A DNA stretch of 64,000 nucleotides from an uncultured Gemmatimonadales bacterium. Lineage in GTDB: Bacteria; Gemmatimonadota; Gemmatimonadetes; Gemmatimonadales; GWC2-71-9. A program made the translations under genes and the position numbers. The stretch covers positions 160,001-224,000 of the forward strand of contig CAWJIM010000021.1 of the NCBI GenBank assembly GCA_963842945.1, read 5' to 3'. Positions 13,621-25,469 of the stretch are shown piece by piece; the stretch's first letter is position 1, and each line of letters begins with the position of its first letter. The notes under the pieces are model-generated. The model was not told where the DNA came from and did not search any database. It saw nothing but the letters and a program-made list of their open reading frames with translations.

Positions 13621-13623
13621 CTC

Positions 13624-14721
13624 ATGCCGCCCCGACTTCCCTCCAACCTGCTGGACCGATCGGCCGAAGAAGCGTCCCGCCTGCTCTCACTGAGCTATCT
13701 CGATCAGATCGATTCGGCCCACGTACGCCTGGGGGATCAGCTCGACCAGGAGGCGCTGCACGATTTCCGGGTGGGGATCCGCCGGCTGCGCTCGGCCATC
13801 CGAGCCTATCGGGCGGAGCTGGAGGGCAGCGTCACCGGCAAGATGCGCCGGCGGCTGCGCAATCTCGCCCGCGCGACCAATGATGGCCGGGACGTAGAGG
13901 TTCAGCTCGCCTGGTTAGGGAAGCAGGCACAGCTGGTGGGGTCGGACGACATTCCCGGCTTCTATTGGCTGGTGGGCCGGCTGGAGGATCGGAAGCAGAA
14001 GACCCACGACCGCGCCGTAGCCGACGTGGCACGCCGGTACGAGAAGACGGCGTTGAGGCTCCGAAGGGCGCTCGGAATTCTCCGAATCGAGCTGCAGACC
14101 GCGCAGGGGCAGCGGCCGACAACCTTTCGTGAGGCGACCGGAGCCCTGGCACAGCGCCAGGTTCAGCGGTTGCGAGACGATCTCGGCCGGATCCAGGGCG
14201 CGGACGACGGCGAGCAGGCGCACAGGACTCGGATTTCGCTCAAGCGGCTCAGGTATCTCCTGGAGCCGATTGCCCGGGGCAACCGGCGAGTGGGTGCCCT
14301 GGTCCGGAGGTTCAAGGAGGCGCAGGATCTGCTGGGCGAGCACCACGACATGCACGTCTTCTCGTTGGCGATCGCCTCCTTCCGCGAAGGCGTTTCGGCC
14401 AGCAAGTTCTCGGGTCTGGAGCCCGGGCTCGCCACGCTGGCACGCTTGGCGGATGAGGCGGGGAGGGCGGCGTTCGATCGCTTTCAGTCGGTCTGGGGCG
14501 GCGAGCTGGGATCCCGCATACTTGCCCGTGCTGATGAGCTTGGGAGCGCATTGGGAGAAGAAGTCGCGAGTCACGAGTCACGAGTCGAGATTCACGAGAC
14601 GAGAGTCATGAGTCCCGAGACGAGCGACCCGGGGAGCCCACCAGTCCCCCACATCGAGTCCGGCCTCGTGAGTGGCGGGCCAGAACCGGCCGGCGAAGAA
14701 CTTGCGACTCGTGACTCGTGA
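13624..14721 (+). CDS. CHAD-domain (polyphosphate-binding) protein
   Basis: EALHDFRVGIRRLRS, HRTRISLKRLRY and QDLLGEHHD CHAD motifs. Confidence 0.88.
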   Translation: MPPRLPSNLLDRSAEEASRLLSLSYLDQIDSAHVRLGDQLDQEALHDFRVGIRRLRSAIRAYRAELEGSVTGKMRRRLRNLARATNDGRDVEVQLAWLGKQAQLVGSDDIPGFYWLVGRLEDRKQKTHDRAVADVARRYEKTALRLRRALGILRIELQTAQGQRPTTFREATGALAQRQVQRLRDDLGRIQGADDGEQAHRTRISLKRLRYLLEPIARGNRRVGALVRRFKEAQDLLGEHHDMHVFSLAIASFREGVSASKFSGLEPGLATLARLADEAGRAAFDRFQSVWGGELGSRILARADELGSALGEEVASHESRVEIHETRVMSPETSDPGSPPVPHIESGLVSGGPEPAGEELATRDS

Positions 14722-14773
14722 CCCGTGACTATCTCGCGACCGGTGACTATCTCGTGACCCGTGACTCGTGACT
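14562..14773. repeat. Inverted pair of heptamer arrays, (CGAGTCA)n ... (TGACTCG)n
   Basis: Left arm about 14562-14620 lies inside the CHAD CDS. Right arm about 14704-14773 spans its stop codon. Confidence 0.8.
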
Positions 14774-14787
14774 TCAAGGAGATTCGT

Positions 14788-15216
14788 ATGGCTAAAGTAA
14801 AGGACCAGCTCGGCCAGCTCGGAATGGGAACTCTCGTCGCCGGGTTGAAGGCGCTCGAGAGCGGCGTGTCCAAGAAGCAGTTCAAGCGCCTGATCGCCAC
14901 CGCGGTGGCGCAGCTGCTCACCATGCATCCCGACTACGGGGCGGGGAAGGCGCGGCGGCGGGCCAGGAAGATCGTGGGTGCCAGGCCGTCGAAGAAGATG
15001 CTGGTGAAGGCGGGCAAGGCCGGGGTGAAAGAGGCGCTGGGCACCGCGGCGGCTGCGGCTGCAACGGGCGCCGCGCTCAAGGTGGCGGGCAAGGTCGGCC
15101 GGAAGATCACCGAGCGGGTGAACGAGGCCGTGGGTGTGGGCGCCGGCGCCTCCTCCGGAGCAGGCTCCCGCCGCGACGACAATAACTCGGACCGTCAGGA
15201 CGAGTCCGAACGCTAG
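14788..15216 (+). CDS. Lys/Arg/Ala-rich basic hypothetical protein
   Basis: AAGGAG RBS; 142 aa; GKARRRARKIVGARPSKKMLVKAGKAG; charged tail RRDDNNSDRQDESER. Confidence 0.75.
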   Translation: MAKVKDQLGQLGMGTLVAGLKALESGVSKKQFKRLIATAVAQLLTMHPDYGAGKARRRARKIVGARPSKKMLVKAGKAGVKEALGTAAAAAATGAALKVAGKVGRKITERVNEAVGVGAGASSGAGSRRDDNNSDRQDESER

Positions 15217-15271
15217 TTGCGCTTCGAGGCTGATTGCCGGTCTGACGACTGATGCTGGCGGCTGAACGACT

Positions 15272-15676
15272 GTGCCACTCATCCGCCAAGCGGGATCCAT
15301 CGTTATCCGCCTCGACACGAAGGAACCGCAAGTTCTGCTCGTCAGCGCCAGGCGGAATCCCCGGAACTGGATCTTTCCCAAGGGCCACATCGAGAAGGGT
15401 GAGAGCCCGGAAGCGGCGGCGCTGAGGGAAACCCGGGAAGAGGCCGGCGTTTCCGCCAGGCTGATCGGACCGGCGGGAATTCTGGAGTACGGATTTCTCG
15501 GCGCCAAGGCCCGGGTGGAGTACTTCCTGGTGCTCTTTACCCGCGAGGCCGGGCCGCCGGAAGATGGCCGGCAGCGGATCTGGTGCGGACTGGACGACGC
15601 GCTCGACCGCCTGAGCTACAAGAACACCCGGAAGCTCCTGCGGAAGGCATGGAAGCAGCTTTCAGCCTCCGCCTGA
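15272..15676 (+). CDS. NUDIX hydrolase
   Basis: WIFPKGHIEKGESPEAAALRETREEAG Nudix box. Confidence 0.9.
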   Translation: MPLIRQAGSIVIRLDTKEPQVLLVSARRNPRNWIFPKGHIEKGESPEAAALRETREEAGVSARLIGPAGILEYGFLGAKARVEYFLVLFTREAGPPEDGRQRIWCGLDDALDRLSYKNTRKLLRKAWKQLSASA

Positions 15677-15688
15677 GCTACCTCGCTG

Positions 15689-17124
15689 CTAGTTGACCGG
15701 AATCCGCGGCGCTTTCGGCTGAGGTCCTAGCTCGAGACTCTCCACGTATTCCTCTTTCGGAAACAGATCGGGTCGGTGAGTCAGTTCGAACGTCGTGGCC
15801 TCCTCCACTCCGTTGGCGCTGGCCGCGTGGCCGGCGCTGTAGAGCTTGGGATACCTCTCCCGCACCCAGGTATCCTCGAGGGCGAGGGGGTATTCCCCGA
15901 ACTCTTTGCCGTTGGCCGCATAGTACAGACCGGCGCCATTGGCGTCCGGCATCTCGACGTCGCCGCCGATTCCAGCCGAGATGGCCTGCATCTGGGTCAG
16001 CGGCGGGCCGAAGTTCATGGACAGAGCGTCTTTGCCTTCCCGGTGCCGGGTGGTGTGGAGCATGGTCCAGGCATCCGGCGACATTGTCCGGCATAGGCAA
16101 GCGGCGGTCGGTGATGGTGTTCGGCCCCTCGGTGCGCTGGGGTTCGAGCGGCGGCTTCGGGGCACTGGGGACGACCTCGAAGCTTTGCTCCTTGGTGTCG
16201 CGCCGCATCATTATGGTTCCGAAGGCCGCCCCGCCGACCCCGCCTTTGGTCTTCGGCCGGCAGGTCGTGATGTCAGGTCCGCAATCGGCATCCAATCACT
16301 TGGACGTCGGGCGCCACCAGCTCCTGCTGCCTCGGCACCCACATCCCGCGGGCGAACCCCACGAGTCCCTCCGCATTCGTCTGGAACAGCAGGAGTGAAC
16401 GATCCCCGGACCACCGAGGACTCCCGCGTCTTCCGGTCCTTCAGCTTCATGTCGTAGCTGAGCTGGTAGACGGTACAGCGGCGGAACAAGTAGGTCACCT
16501 GCCGCTCCCAGGCCTCCTCCAGCTCGGGGCTGGTGATCCTGATCTGCCGCCCCCAGTCGGCCATCGCGATGATGAGCGCCTGGCCGTTGCCCGTAGCCAT
16601 ACACTCATCGAAGGCCTCGGCCAGGCAGCGGTACCGGGCCAGGGAGAAGGCCTGCCCCAGGATGGACTTGCTGTCGCCCAGGCCGCCGAAGCTGAGGCCG
16701 GCCAGACCGATGATCTGAGCCTGGTGCTCCATCTTTACGATCCGGCCGAGCATGCTCCGGGCGAGCTCGCAGGTGGCGGCCGGGTTGGCCATGATATCAA
16801 AGGCGGGCTGCAGGACGTTCTTTACCCACCATTCCCGAAAGCTTCGAGCGCCCTCCTCGACGGCGGTGGGGAGGTTCGGGATCCTGCATCAGACCCCATC
16901 ATCTCCTTCTGCCGTTCGATGCCCAGTAGCTTCGCCGCGTCGCCTTGCTTCACCATGAAATCACGCTCGGCGATGACCAGCCTTCCCGCATCCATCCGGA
17001 GCTGGTGCATGTCGGCCTGGCTCGCCCGACCCTGTTGCAGGCCCCAGCCGGGCAGCAACTGGGCTCGGGCCGGCGAGGCCCAGGACAAAGCCAGCGAGGC
17101 GGCAAGGACAAAGGAGCGGCGCAT
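15689..17124 (-). CDS. Secreted hypothetical protein, about 480 aa, split by frameshifts
   Basis: Signal peptide MRRSFVLAASLALSWASPARA-Q, then consecutive minus-strand ORF pieces 16822-17208, 16211-16792, 15678-16295 and 15689-16165. Confidence 0.6.
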
Positions 17125-17309
17125 GGTCTTAATGTGGCGCCGTTCCCTGGCTCCGCCAGCACTCCGCGGGATGAAGGAGGCGCCACTGGGGGCCCGCCGC
17201 AACCACATTAACGGATATCTCCTCGACGGTCAGCTTGTTCGGGGACATCATCACCTTGTCACTGCAGTCCAGGCTGCCTGCCGCCGCATTCACGCTGTAA
17301 ACTCCTCCC

Positions 17310-19658
17310 ATGCTCCGGCTCCTTGGTTTGCTCCCTCTGGCCCTTGCCGCTCCCATTCTGCTACTGGCCCAGGAGGAAACGTACGCCGCGACCGCCATGC
17401 GCGGCATCAGCAATAATGGAAAGAACGCCACGGACCCCTACGTCACCGCCGGCGATCGGGCCTACCTGATCGGCACCCAGGACGGAAACTTCCCCGACCT
17501 GGGCGAGCACTTGGCCCTGAGATGGGCGGCCTCTGGGTCCATCCTATCAAGCTGATCGACGGCTTCGAGGCAAGCATCGCCGACTCCGCCGGGCAGGAGG
17601 TTGCGCTCCGAAAGAGCGAGGAGTTCATCAATTACCCCTACGGGAATCGCTTCCGGTACGGCCAGGTGCTGGATCAGGTCGAGATCGACCGCTTCCAGTT
17701 TGCCCCGGAGGGTCGGCCGGGCATCGTGGTGCAGTACACCCTGCGCAACCAGAGCGACCAGCGGCGGGAGCTCCGCTTTCGGCTCAGGGTGAAAACGGAT
17801 CTCCTTCCCGTCTGGCAGTCCGAAAAAATCGGCCTCACCGACGCTCCCGACCGGGTGAGCTGGCAGCCGGCCACGCGCCGGTTCCTCGCCCGGGACAAAC
17901 GTCACCGCTGGTTCGCGGTCTGGGGAGCAACCACGGCCGCCGGGGCGACGCCGGCTGCCCAGTCCGGACCCGATCTCCAGCGCAGGACAGGGAGTGACCG
18001 CCGCCTCGAGCTACCTTGTCTCGATCGAGCCGCGTGACAGCACGACCCTCACCTTCGTCTTCGCCGGCTCGACCCGCTCGAGCTCAGCGGCGGAGAGCAC
18101 GTTCACCTCCATCGCCCGAAGCCACGTGTCGCTGCTGGGGCGGAAGAAGTCGCACTACGCCGCGCTGATCCAACGCGCCCGAATCCGGATCCCCGACCAG
18201 CAGCTGCAGCAGGTCTACGACTGGGTCCGAATCAACAACGCGTGGCTGGTCCGGGACGTGCCGGGGATCGGTCGCGGGCTCGGCGCCGGTCTGCCGGAAT
18301 ATCCCTGGTGGTTCGGCACCGACGGCGCCTACTCGCTCCATGGTCAGATCGCGACCGGTGACTTCGATCTGGCAAGGCAGACGCTGCGGCTCCTCCTGTC
18401 TCAGTCCAACAAGGTCAACGGCAACGGCCGGATCATCCACGAGGTCACCACCAACGGTGTGGTGTTCAATCCGGGCAACACCCAGGAGACCGCGCATTTC
18501 ATCATGACCGCGGCCAAGGTGGTCCGCTGGACCGGCGACCTGGCGTTTGCCCGGGAGATGTACCCCGCGATGAAGCGGGGAATTCGCTGGCTCCTGGTCG
18601 ACATGGATGAAAACCGAAACCTCTTCCCCGGCGGCTACGGCGTCACCGAGATCTCCGGGCTCAACGCGGAGCTGATCGATGTCGCGGTCTATACTCAGCA
18701 GGCGCTGCTGGCTACGGCCGACATCGCCACCGTCCTGGGCCACCAGAGCTCGGCAGCGCGCTACCGGCAGCAGGCGGAGGAGTTGAAGCGGCGGATCAAC
18801 GACCGCCTCTGGCTCGAGGATGAAAGCTCGTACGCCGACTTCTACGGCACCCGGGCCCAGGCGATCAGCGCGACCGAAGGCGTCATCAAGCAGATCCGCC
18901 TCAGGGGTGAGGACAAGATGTCGGCAAGGGACCGCGAGCTGATCCCCTACTACGAGCGGCTCCGGGGCCGGTTCGAGGCGATGCCGGATACGACCAAAGG
19001 CTGGATCACCAACAAGAACTGGGTGGTGGCGACGCCGATGGAGACCGGGATCGCGCCGAGGGAGCGGGCCATCCAGGCGCTCGACCGGATCCGGCGGAGC
19101 GATGTGGGAGAATACGGGCCATATCTGTCAGCCGTGGCGCAGGCGGCAATGATGACCATCTCGACCGGGGTGCTGGCGGTAGCGGAGGCGACCTATGGCC
19201 GAGCCGATCAGTCGCTCTGGTACATGAACCGGATCGTCGAGACCTTCGGCCGCAAGCTCCCCGGCTCGATATCGGAGATGATGCCGGACTATGGCGACTT
19301 CGTTCAGGCTTGGACCGTCTACGGGATCGTGGTGCCGCTGGTGGAGCACGTCTTCGGGGTGCAACCCGACGCGGTGCACCAGACGGTGACCTTCGAGCCG
19401 CACCTGCCGGCGGGTTGGGAGAATTTGAGCATCGAGGACCTGCGAGTGGGCACCAACCGGATCTCGTTCACTCGGGCGAAGACCGATGGAGGGATCGAGT
19501 ACCGGATCGACGGCAAGGAGAGCGGCTGGCGCTTCGTGCTGAAGGAGGAGCCGCTGCCCGGTGCCAGGTACTACCTGAACGGCAAACCGATCTCCCCCGA
19601 TTCCACCGGAATCAGGATGACGGATCGGCAGAACCAGCTACTGATTGTTTCGCAGTAG
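17310..19658 (+). CDS. Secreted (alpha/alpha)6-barrel glycoside hydrolase, amylo-alpha-1,6-glucosidase-like (frameshifts near 17520 and 17990)
   Basis: Signal peptide; AGLPEYPWWFGTD, GRIIHE, NTQET and QAWT motifs. Confidence 0.75.
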
Positions 19659-21242
19659 CGGCCTCCCCTAGCGCGGCTGCGCCACCGGACCCGGCCGGCA
19701 CGTGGGTCAACCACCAGTCCCGCGCCCGATCCTCGGTCCACGCGCTCGCCCCCTCGAGCTGAGCCAGCCGGGAGGACAGTTCTCTGGCGGACTGCGGCCG
19801 CTGGCCGGGGTCCTTGGCGAGACAGGACAGGATCAAATCTTCCAGCTCGGGAGGGATGGGCCGGTCGGTACGGGCGGATGGAGGCACCGGTGGTGTCTGC
19901 ACGTGCTTCAGCAGCAGTCCCATCTGCGTGTCGGCGGTGAACACCAGCTCGCCGGTCAGGAACCAGTATGCCAGACAGCCGGTAGCGTAGATATCCGCCC
20001 GCCCGTCCACCTCGCCCCCGGTCACCTGCTCGGGAGCAATGAACGCCGGGGTGCCCCGGACCGCGTTCTCCCCGGTTCTGGTGACGTTCCCGCCCGGAGT
20101 GTCCCGGACCGCCCCCACGATCCCGAAATCCAGCACCTTCACGAAGTCGTACTCCTCGCCGTAGCGGCAGAGATAGATGTTGGCCGGCTTGATGTCCCGA
20201 TGCACCAGGCCGCAGGACTGCGCCTCGGAGAGCGAGTGGCACACCTGCCGCAGCAGGTAGATGGCCCGCTCGGCCGGCAATCGGCCCGAAGCGCCGGAGC
20301 AGTGAGTCGGCATCGAGCCCGTCCAGCAGCTCCATCACGTAGTAGAAGGCGCCGTCGTCGGCCATCCCGAAATCGAAGAGCTCCACCGTATGGGGGGAGC
20401 GGAGCCGGGCGATCACCTCGGCCTCGCGCTGGAATCGCCGCATGGCCTCGGCCGAGGCACCGGCGCGACCGTCGCCGGCCACCGACGGGCCGGATCAGCT
20501 TGATGGCCGCGGGCCGGGTCAGCATCCGATGGCGGGCGCGCCAGACTTCTCCCATTCCCCCTTCACCCAGCTTCTCCTCCAGGCGATAGCTCCCCAGCTC
20601 CCGCGCCCGCCTGACCTCGGTGCCCAGCCGGTAGACCACCCGGGCGCCGACGTAGGCCATGGCCACCACGAGCAGATAGGGAAACACCAGCCCAAAGAAG
20701 AACTGCGCCGGGTTCACCCGGAGCGAAGTGCCGCCGGACGAGATCGTGAGTCCGATGATGACCGGGACCGAGCTGACCGACGCCAGGGCGGCCAGCACCG
20801 CCCGGCGCGGCGTGGTCGGCACCACCACGGTGAAGAGCACCACCCACACGGCGACCCAGGAGAGTCCCAGAAACCCCTGTGGTATCTTGAATCCCATCGG
20901 GTCGCCGAATTCGGCGGCGGCGATGGCGTAGCTGCTGGCGATCTCGAACACCAGCCGAGGTTCATGGACGGTGGGAAGCGAGAAGCGCTCGCTCCGGATC
21001 ACGGCGGCGACCACCAACGCCACCACGATCCCGATCACGCCGGGGACCCCACAGAAGGAAGCTCCCCAGGAAGCGGGCTCGCTCCTCCGGGATAGCAGTG
21101 CCGGAAAGATCCCGGCCATGAAGAAGACGAACGCGTAGAGCAGGGCGAGGTGCGAAGGCGGCCGGCGGATTGCTGGAGCAGGTCGATCGGAAGGCCCGAG
21201 CGAGCGTCCGCGGGTGGCCGAATCGCCTGCCGGGGCGTGCAT
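19612..21242 (-). CDS. Membrane-anchored Hanks-type Ser/Thr protein kinase (frameshifts)
   Basis: TM N-terminus; LGEGGMGEVW, AAIKLI, HRDIKPAN, VKVLDFG and GTPAFIAPEQ motifs. Confidence 0.9.
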
Positions 21243-21517
21243 GAGGGTGACTTGATGGTTTATCGCGGGCACCACCTACGTTAACCCGGACTGATAGCTT
21301 CGTCTAATCTCGCCCGGCTGTCCCAGGTTCCGGTGCGACAAACTGTGGTCGTACCGTTACCCCAACGTTGCCAAACGCAGCCGCGCTGGCGATACTTTTT
21401 TATCTCACCGCAGCACCCCTGAGAAAAGATGTAGCCCGACAACCGCGCAATTTCTTGCATCGCGCGGGGCGGTCGCACTGTGCTCGCACGAGCACTCGAA
21501 AGGCGGAGCCACGCACG

Positions 21518-22660
21518 ATGACGACTGCGATAGCGTCGCCCAGCATTGCGCCCAGGCCATCCAGCCATTCGGCCCCCGCCACAGCCCAGCCTCCGCGGAT
21601 CGATCCCCTGGAGTCCGCCCGGGTGCAGACGCTTCGCGGCATAGCGTGTCTGTTGCTGGTTGCCTTTCATGCCATCGGATCATCTTCGGCTTCAGGACTG
21701 CACGCGCCGGACAGCTCCGTCTACCGGCACTTCACCAATCTGTTCGTCCACATCCGGATGCCGCTGTTCACCTTCCTCTCCGGCCTGGTGTACGCCTACC
21801 GGCCGCTGCGGCCGGAACAGGCTCTCGAATTTTCGGGGAAGAAGCTGCGCCGCCTGGGCGTGCCGCTGATCGTCGCAACCACGGTCCTGTATACTCTGCA
21901 CCTCGTGACGGATCACCGGGTGCCGCCGGCCTCCCAGGTCTGGACCATCTACATCTATCCCTATTGGCATCTCTGGTTCGTACAGGCGCTGCTGCTGGTG
22001 TTCGTCGCGGTGATCACGTTCGAGATCCTTGGCGCCCTATCGACGTTCCGCCAATTCCTGTACGTGTTCGCACTCTCACTGGTGCTCTACTCCGGCGGGC
22101 TGTTCGAGGGACACGAGGCCTTCGGCCTCAACAACGCCACGTACCTTCTGCCGTTCTTCCTGGCCGGTCTCGCCGCGCACCGCTACCGCGGTGTCCTGCA
22201 AACCAGGCAGGCACTGACACTAACGCTGGGGTGCCTCATCGCGGCTCAGGGTTGGCATGGCTACTTCGTCCTGACCCGGACCCTCGCCCCGATCGATCCG
22301 GTGGCGCATCGGTCCATCCTCAACCTGCTGATTGGCATGTCGGCGAGCCTGAGCGCCTTGCAGCTGCTGCCCCGGATGCGGCTGATGGAACAGATCGGAG
22401 GGTCCTCCTACACCATCTACCTCTACCATCCTGTCTTCGTCGCGGCGGCGCTCACTAGCATCGGAACCCGGATCCCGCTTCCCACCGGCCTGCTGTTCGT
22501 GATTGCGGGAACCGTCGGCATCGTGGGCCCAATGCTGCTGGAGCGAGCGGCTACCCGCGTTCCGGGGGGCCGGCTACTGCTCGAGGGCAGCACGGCGGGA
22601 CTGGCGCAGCAGCGGGCCCGGGTGCCAGCGGCGCAGGGAGAAATAAGACCGGCGGCCTGA
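21518..22660 (+). CDS. Acyltransferase-3 family membrane O-acyltransferase
   Basis: LRGIACLLLVAFH, RMPLFTFLSG, HLWF and SYTIYLYH motifs. Confidence 0.85.
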   Translation: MTTAIASPSIAPRPSSHSAPATAQPPRIDPLESARVQTLRGIACLLLVAFHAIGSSSASGLHAPDSSVYRHFTNLFVHIRMPLFTFLSGLVYAYRPLRPEQALEFSGKKLRRLGVPLIVATTVLYTLHLVTDHRVPPASQVWTIYIYPYWHLWFVQALLLVFVAVITFEILGALSTFRQFLYVFALSLVLYSGGLFEGHEAFGLNNATYLLPFFLAGLAAHRYRGVLQTRQALTLTLGCLIAAQGWHGYFVLTRTLAPIDPVAHRSILNLLIGMSASLSALQLLPRMRLMEQIGGSSYTIYLYHPVFVAAALTSIGTRIPLPTGLLFVIAGTVGIVGPMLLERAATRVPGGRLLLEGSTAGLAQQRARVPAAQGEIRPAA

Positions 22661-22739
22661 GGCCGGCACCGATCAACACACGAAGCGGGCGGTTCATTAA
22701 GACACGGGTCGGTGATCGGTCTGTGCTCGCGGCGGGGTT

Positions 22740-23573
22740 CTAGACCAATCGTTGCGCTTTGAGCCAGTAGTAGAGCTCGTCGATCCAATGGTCACTGCTG
22801 GTGCCCTGCTTCCTCATGCCGAAGCCGTGGCCACCGGCGCTGAAGACGTGGATCTCGGGCCGCTGGCCTGCTGAAACCAGCGCGTCGCGAAACCTCAGCA
22901 CCGGATCCAGCGCTACCCGATCGTCCTGGGCCCAGGCCATAAACAGCGGCGGTAGACTGGCTGGGACCGCCGGCATGACGCCGAAAGGTCCGCCATAGAT
23001 AAAGGCGGCGAAGTTGGGCCGGCCCGCCGAGTCGGCTTGCAACACCGCCCCACTCGCCACCATTGCTCCGGCGGAGAAACCCAGAAATCCGATCCGATCC
23101 GGGAGACGCCCCACTGCGCGGCGTGTCGCCGGACTACCTTGAGAGCCTGAATGCCGTCGGCGATGCCGTATCGCCCGGCGGTATCCATGTCCATCTCGGG
23201 GATTCCCTCCTGGAGCTTCTCGACAGTACGGTACTTGAGCAGGAAGGCGGCAATGCCGCGAGCTCGCAGCCACTCGGCCACTTCCCTGCCCTCGAGCCCC
23301 ACGGTTAACGCGACGAAGGCTCCACCCGGAGCGATGATCACACCCGTGCCGGTGGCCTTGGATCGCTCCGGGAGATACGGTGTCAGAGTGGGAGTCACCA
23401 CATTCATCACGACGCTGCCGACCGGCGTGTGCTCGAAGGTCCGCTCCGTCTGGGTCCAGTGCTCCGGACCCGGGAGCCATCCCGGGCCAGATCCTGATTG
23501 CCTGAGCCGTCAGGGTGCCGGTGCACCCCGCCATGGCCGCCGAAACCAGGAGCAGCCGACGTCGCCCGCTCAC
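22740..23573 (-). CDS. Secreted alpha/beta hydrolase (esterase-like; frameshifts)
   Basis: IAPGGAF oxyanion loop, GFSAG nucleophile elbow and GGHGFG. Confidence 0.8.
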   Translation of the reverse strand: MSGRRRLLLVSAAMAGCTGTLTAQAIRIWPGMAPGSGALDPDGADLRAHAGRQRRDECGDSHSDTVSPGAIQGHRHGCDHRSGWSLRRVNRGARGQGSGRVAASSRHCRLPAQVPYCREAPGGNPRDGHGYRRAIRHRRRHSGSQGSPATRRAVGRLPDRIGFLGFSAGAMVASGAVLQADSAGRPNFAAFIYGGPFGVMPAVPASLPPLFMAWAQDDRVALDPVLRFRDALVSAGQRPEIHVFSAGGHGFGMRKQGTSSDHWIDELYYWLKAQRLV

Positions 23574-23616
23574 GGGGGACCTTCGCTGCGGACGGAAAGT
23601 GCGTGACGGAACAGGT

Positions 23617-25093
23617 TCAGCGGGTCGTATCGATCTTTGATCCGCTGAAGGCGCGATAGTTCCGCCGATAGTACAGCGTGGACCAGGGCACGCCCGACGT
23701 GTTCAACTCCGGGTCGGCGAGGTCGGTGTCGGGATGATTGATGAACGTGCCGTCATAGCGCTCGCCCGGAACCGGCACGCCGCCGGTCTCGGCGAAGAGT
23801 CGCGGTAGAACGCGCGCACCCACGCCAGGTTCTTCGCCTCGTCCTGCGGGTCCAGCCAGCCGGCGGTGCAGGCGATGTCGAGAATCGAGCCGCGCTGCGC
23901 CGAGGCCGTCGCGTCGGGCGCGACGGTGTTGACCTGTCCGCCGTAGCGTCGCGAGCCCGAGCATGCCGCCCATGACGTCGTGGTCGGTGCGCGTCAGGTA
24001 GTCGTATGCGACGCCGATCTGGCGATCGGTGAGCCGCTTCCTGAGCAGCGCGTCCTTCACCTTCACGCTCACGCCGCCGGGCGGCGCGGCAAAGAGATCG
24101 GGGAGCGGGTTCAGCGCGAAGTCGAGCCAGGACATGCGCGCGAGCTCCGGTCGCCGCGGCGCGGCGACCCCTCGGCGCAGCGCCGCCAGGTGCTCGTCGA
24201 TCTGGCGCTCCGCGGCCTCCGCCCGCCGTGCTCACGCCGCGAACGACGATCTTCCCGAACTGCTGGCGATGGATCTCGAGCAGCGTCCAGAGCGACGCGT
24301 TCGGCGAGCCGGCGTCGCTGTTGCGCTCGCACCAGGTGCCGTGGTTCTGCAGCAGCCGCAGGAAGCTCGCGCGGTCGACGTCGCTCCAGCTCCACTCCGC
24401 GTTGAAGGTGGTGATCGACTCCGGCGCGCGCGGCAGCAGCGTCGCCGGGTCGTCGCCGGCGGCGTCCGGGCGAGCGGAACCAGTAGCGGGTGACGACGCC
24501 GAAGTTGCCGCCGCCGCCGCCGGTGTGCGCCCACCACAGCTCGCGATCGGGTCGGATGCCTCGCGGGTCGCGACGACGCTGCTCGCGCGGCCGTCCTCGT
24601 CCACCGTGACCACCTCGACCGCGTACAGGTAGTCCGCGGCCAGGCCGAGCTGGCGGCAGAGGAAGCCGAACGCGCCGCCCGCCACGTGGCCGCCCATGCC
24701 GATCGCCGGATACTCGCCGAGCGGCAGCACGATCCCCCAGTCTCGTACAGCGCGCGGAACGTCTCGCCGACCGTGGCGCCGGCCTCGACCGCGACGGCGC
24801 CCATCTCCGCGTCGTAGTAGATGCGCTTCATCGGCGAGACGTCGATGATCACCCGCACCTCGGGATCCGAGACGAACCCCTCGAGGCAGTGGCCGCCGCT
24901 GGTCACGACGAGGCGGCGGCCTTCGCTCACCGCATCCTGGACCGCGGCGACCACCTCGTCGGTCGAGCCGGCCAGCCGCACGTAGTCGGGGCTGCGCGCT
25001 GAAGCGCTTGTTGAAGCGCTTGTCGACGACGGCGTGATAACCGGGGTCGTCAGGGAGTAGTCTAGCTAAATACAAACCGGCAGGGCGGGTCAA
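23617..25093 (-). CDS. FAD-linked oxidoreductase, berberine-bridge-enzyme-like (many frameshifts; 5' end uncertain)
   Basis: SGGHCLEGFV FAD-attachment motif, GGHVAGGAFG and FINHPD...LYYRRNY BBE-type C-terminus. Confidence 0.8.
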
Positions 25094-25142
25094 CTATCTC
25101 AGGGTAATGGAAGCAAAATCCCCTTGAGAGCCGTTCTTCTGC

Positions 25143-25469
25143 TCAAACGAAACCAGGTACGTGCTTCCCCCGCGTGCGCCAGTACCCGTTCGGTGAAATC
25201 CAGGCGCTCCTGCATCTCGTTTAGGTCGGCCCGCAGGTCGCTCACCTCGAACTAAAGATCCTCCAGTCCGGACTGAAGCTCTCCCGGCTCAGCGCTCGGT
25301 TGCAACCTCCCTCGCAGGCGCTGGCCCAGAGCCCGAACCCGAGCGCCAGAGCAGCGTGGACTGCGGCATGAGACGGCTCCGCGGCCCCCGCGGCAAATCC
25401 TACCGCAACCAGATTGACGGCGCACAATACCACCGCGATCGGCTGCCAGATTTTCGGCTTGAAGGTCAT
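25143..25469 (-). pseudogene. Small two-TM plus coiled-coil protein with a frameshift and an in-frame TAG (25252-25254)
   Basis: MTFKPKIWQPIAVVL... then ...GLEDL*FEVSDLRADLNEMQERLDFTERVLA; the reading frame continues past the stop. Confidence 0.5.

Noticed and set aside
14562..14773. Possible CRISPR array (also considered at 4412-4518)
   Set aside because: The units are 7-nt tandem repeats with no regular unique spacers, and there are no cas genes.
25252..25254. Pyrrolysine or stop-codon read-through at the in-frame TAG
   Set aside because: Single instance in a gene that is also frameshifted. No pyl genes are present and TAG serves as a normal stop elsewhere.
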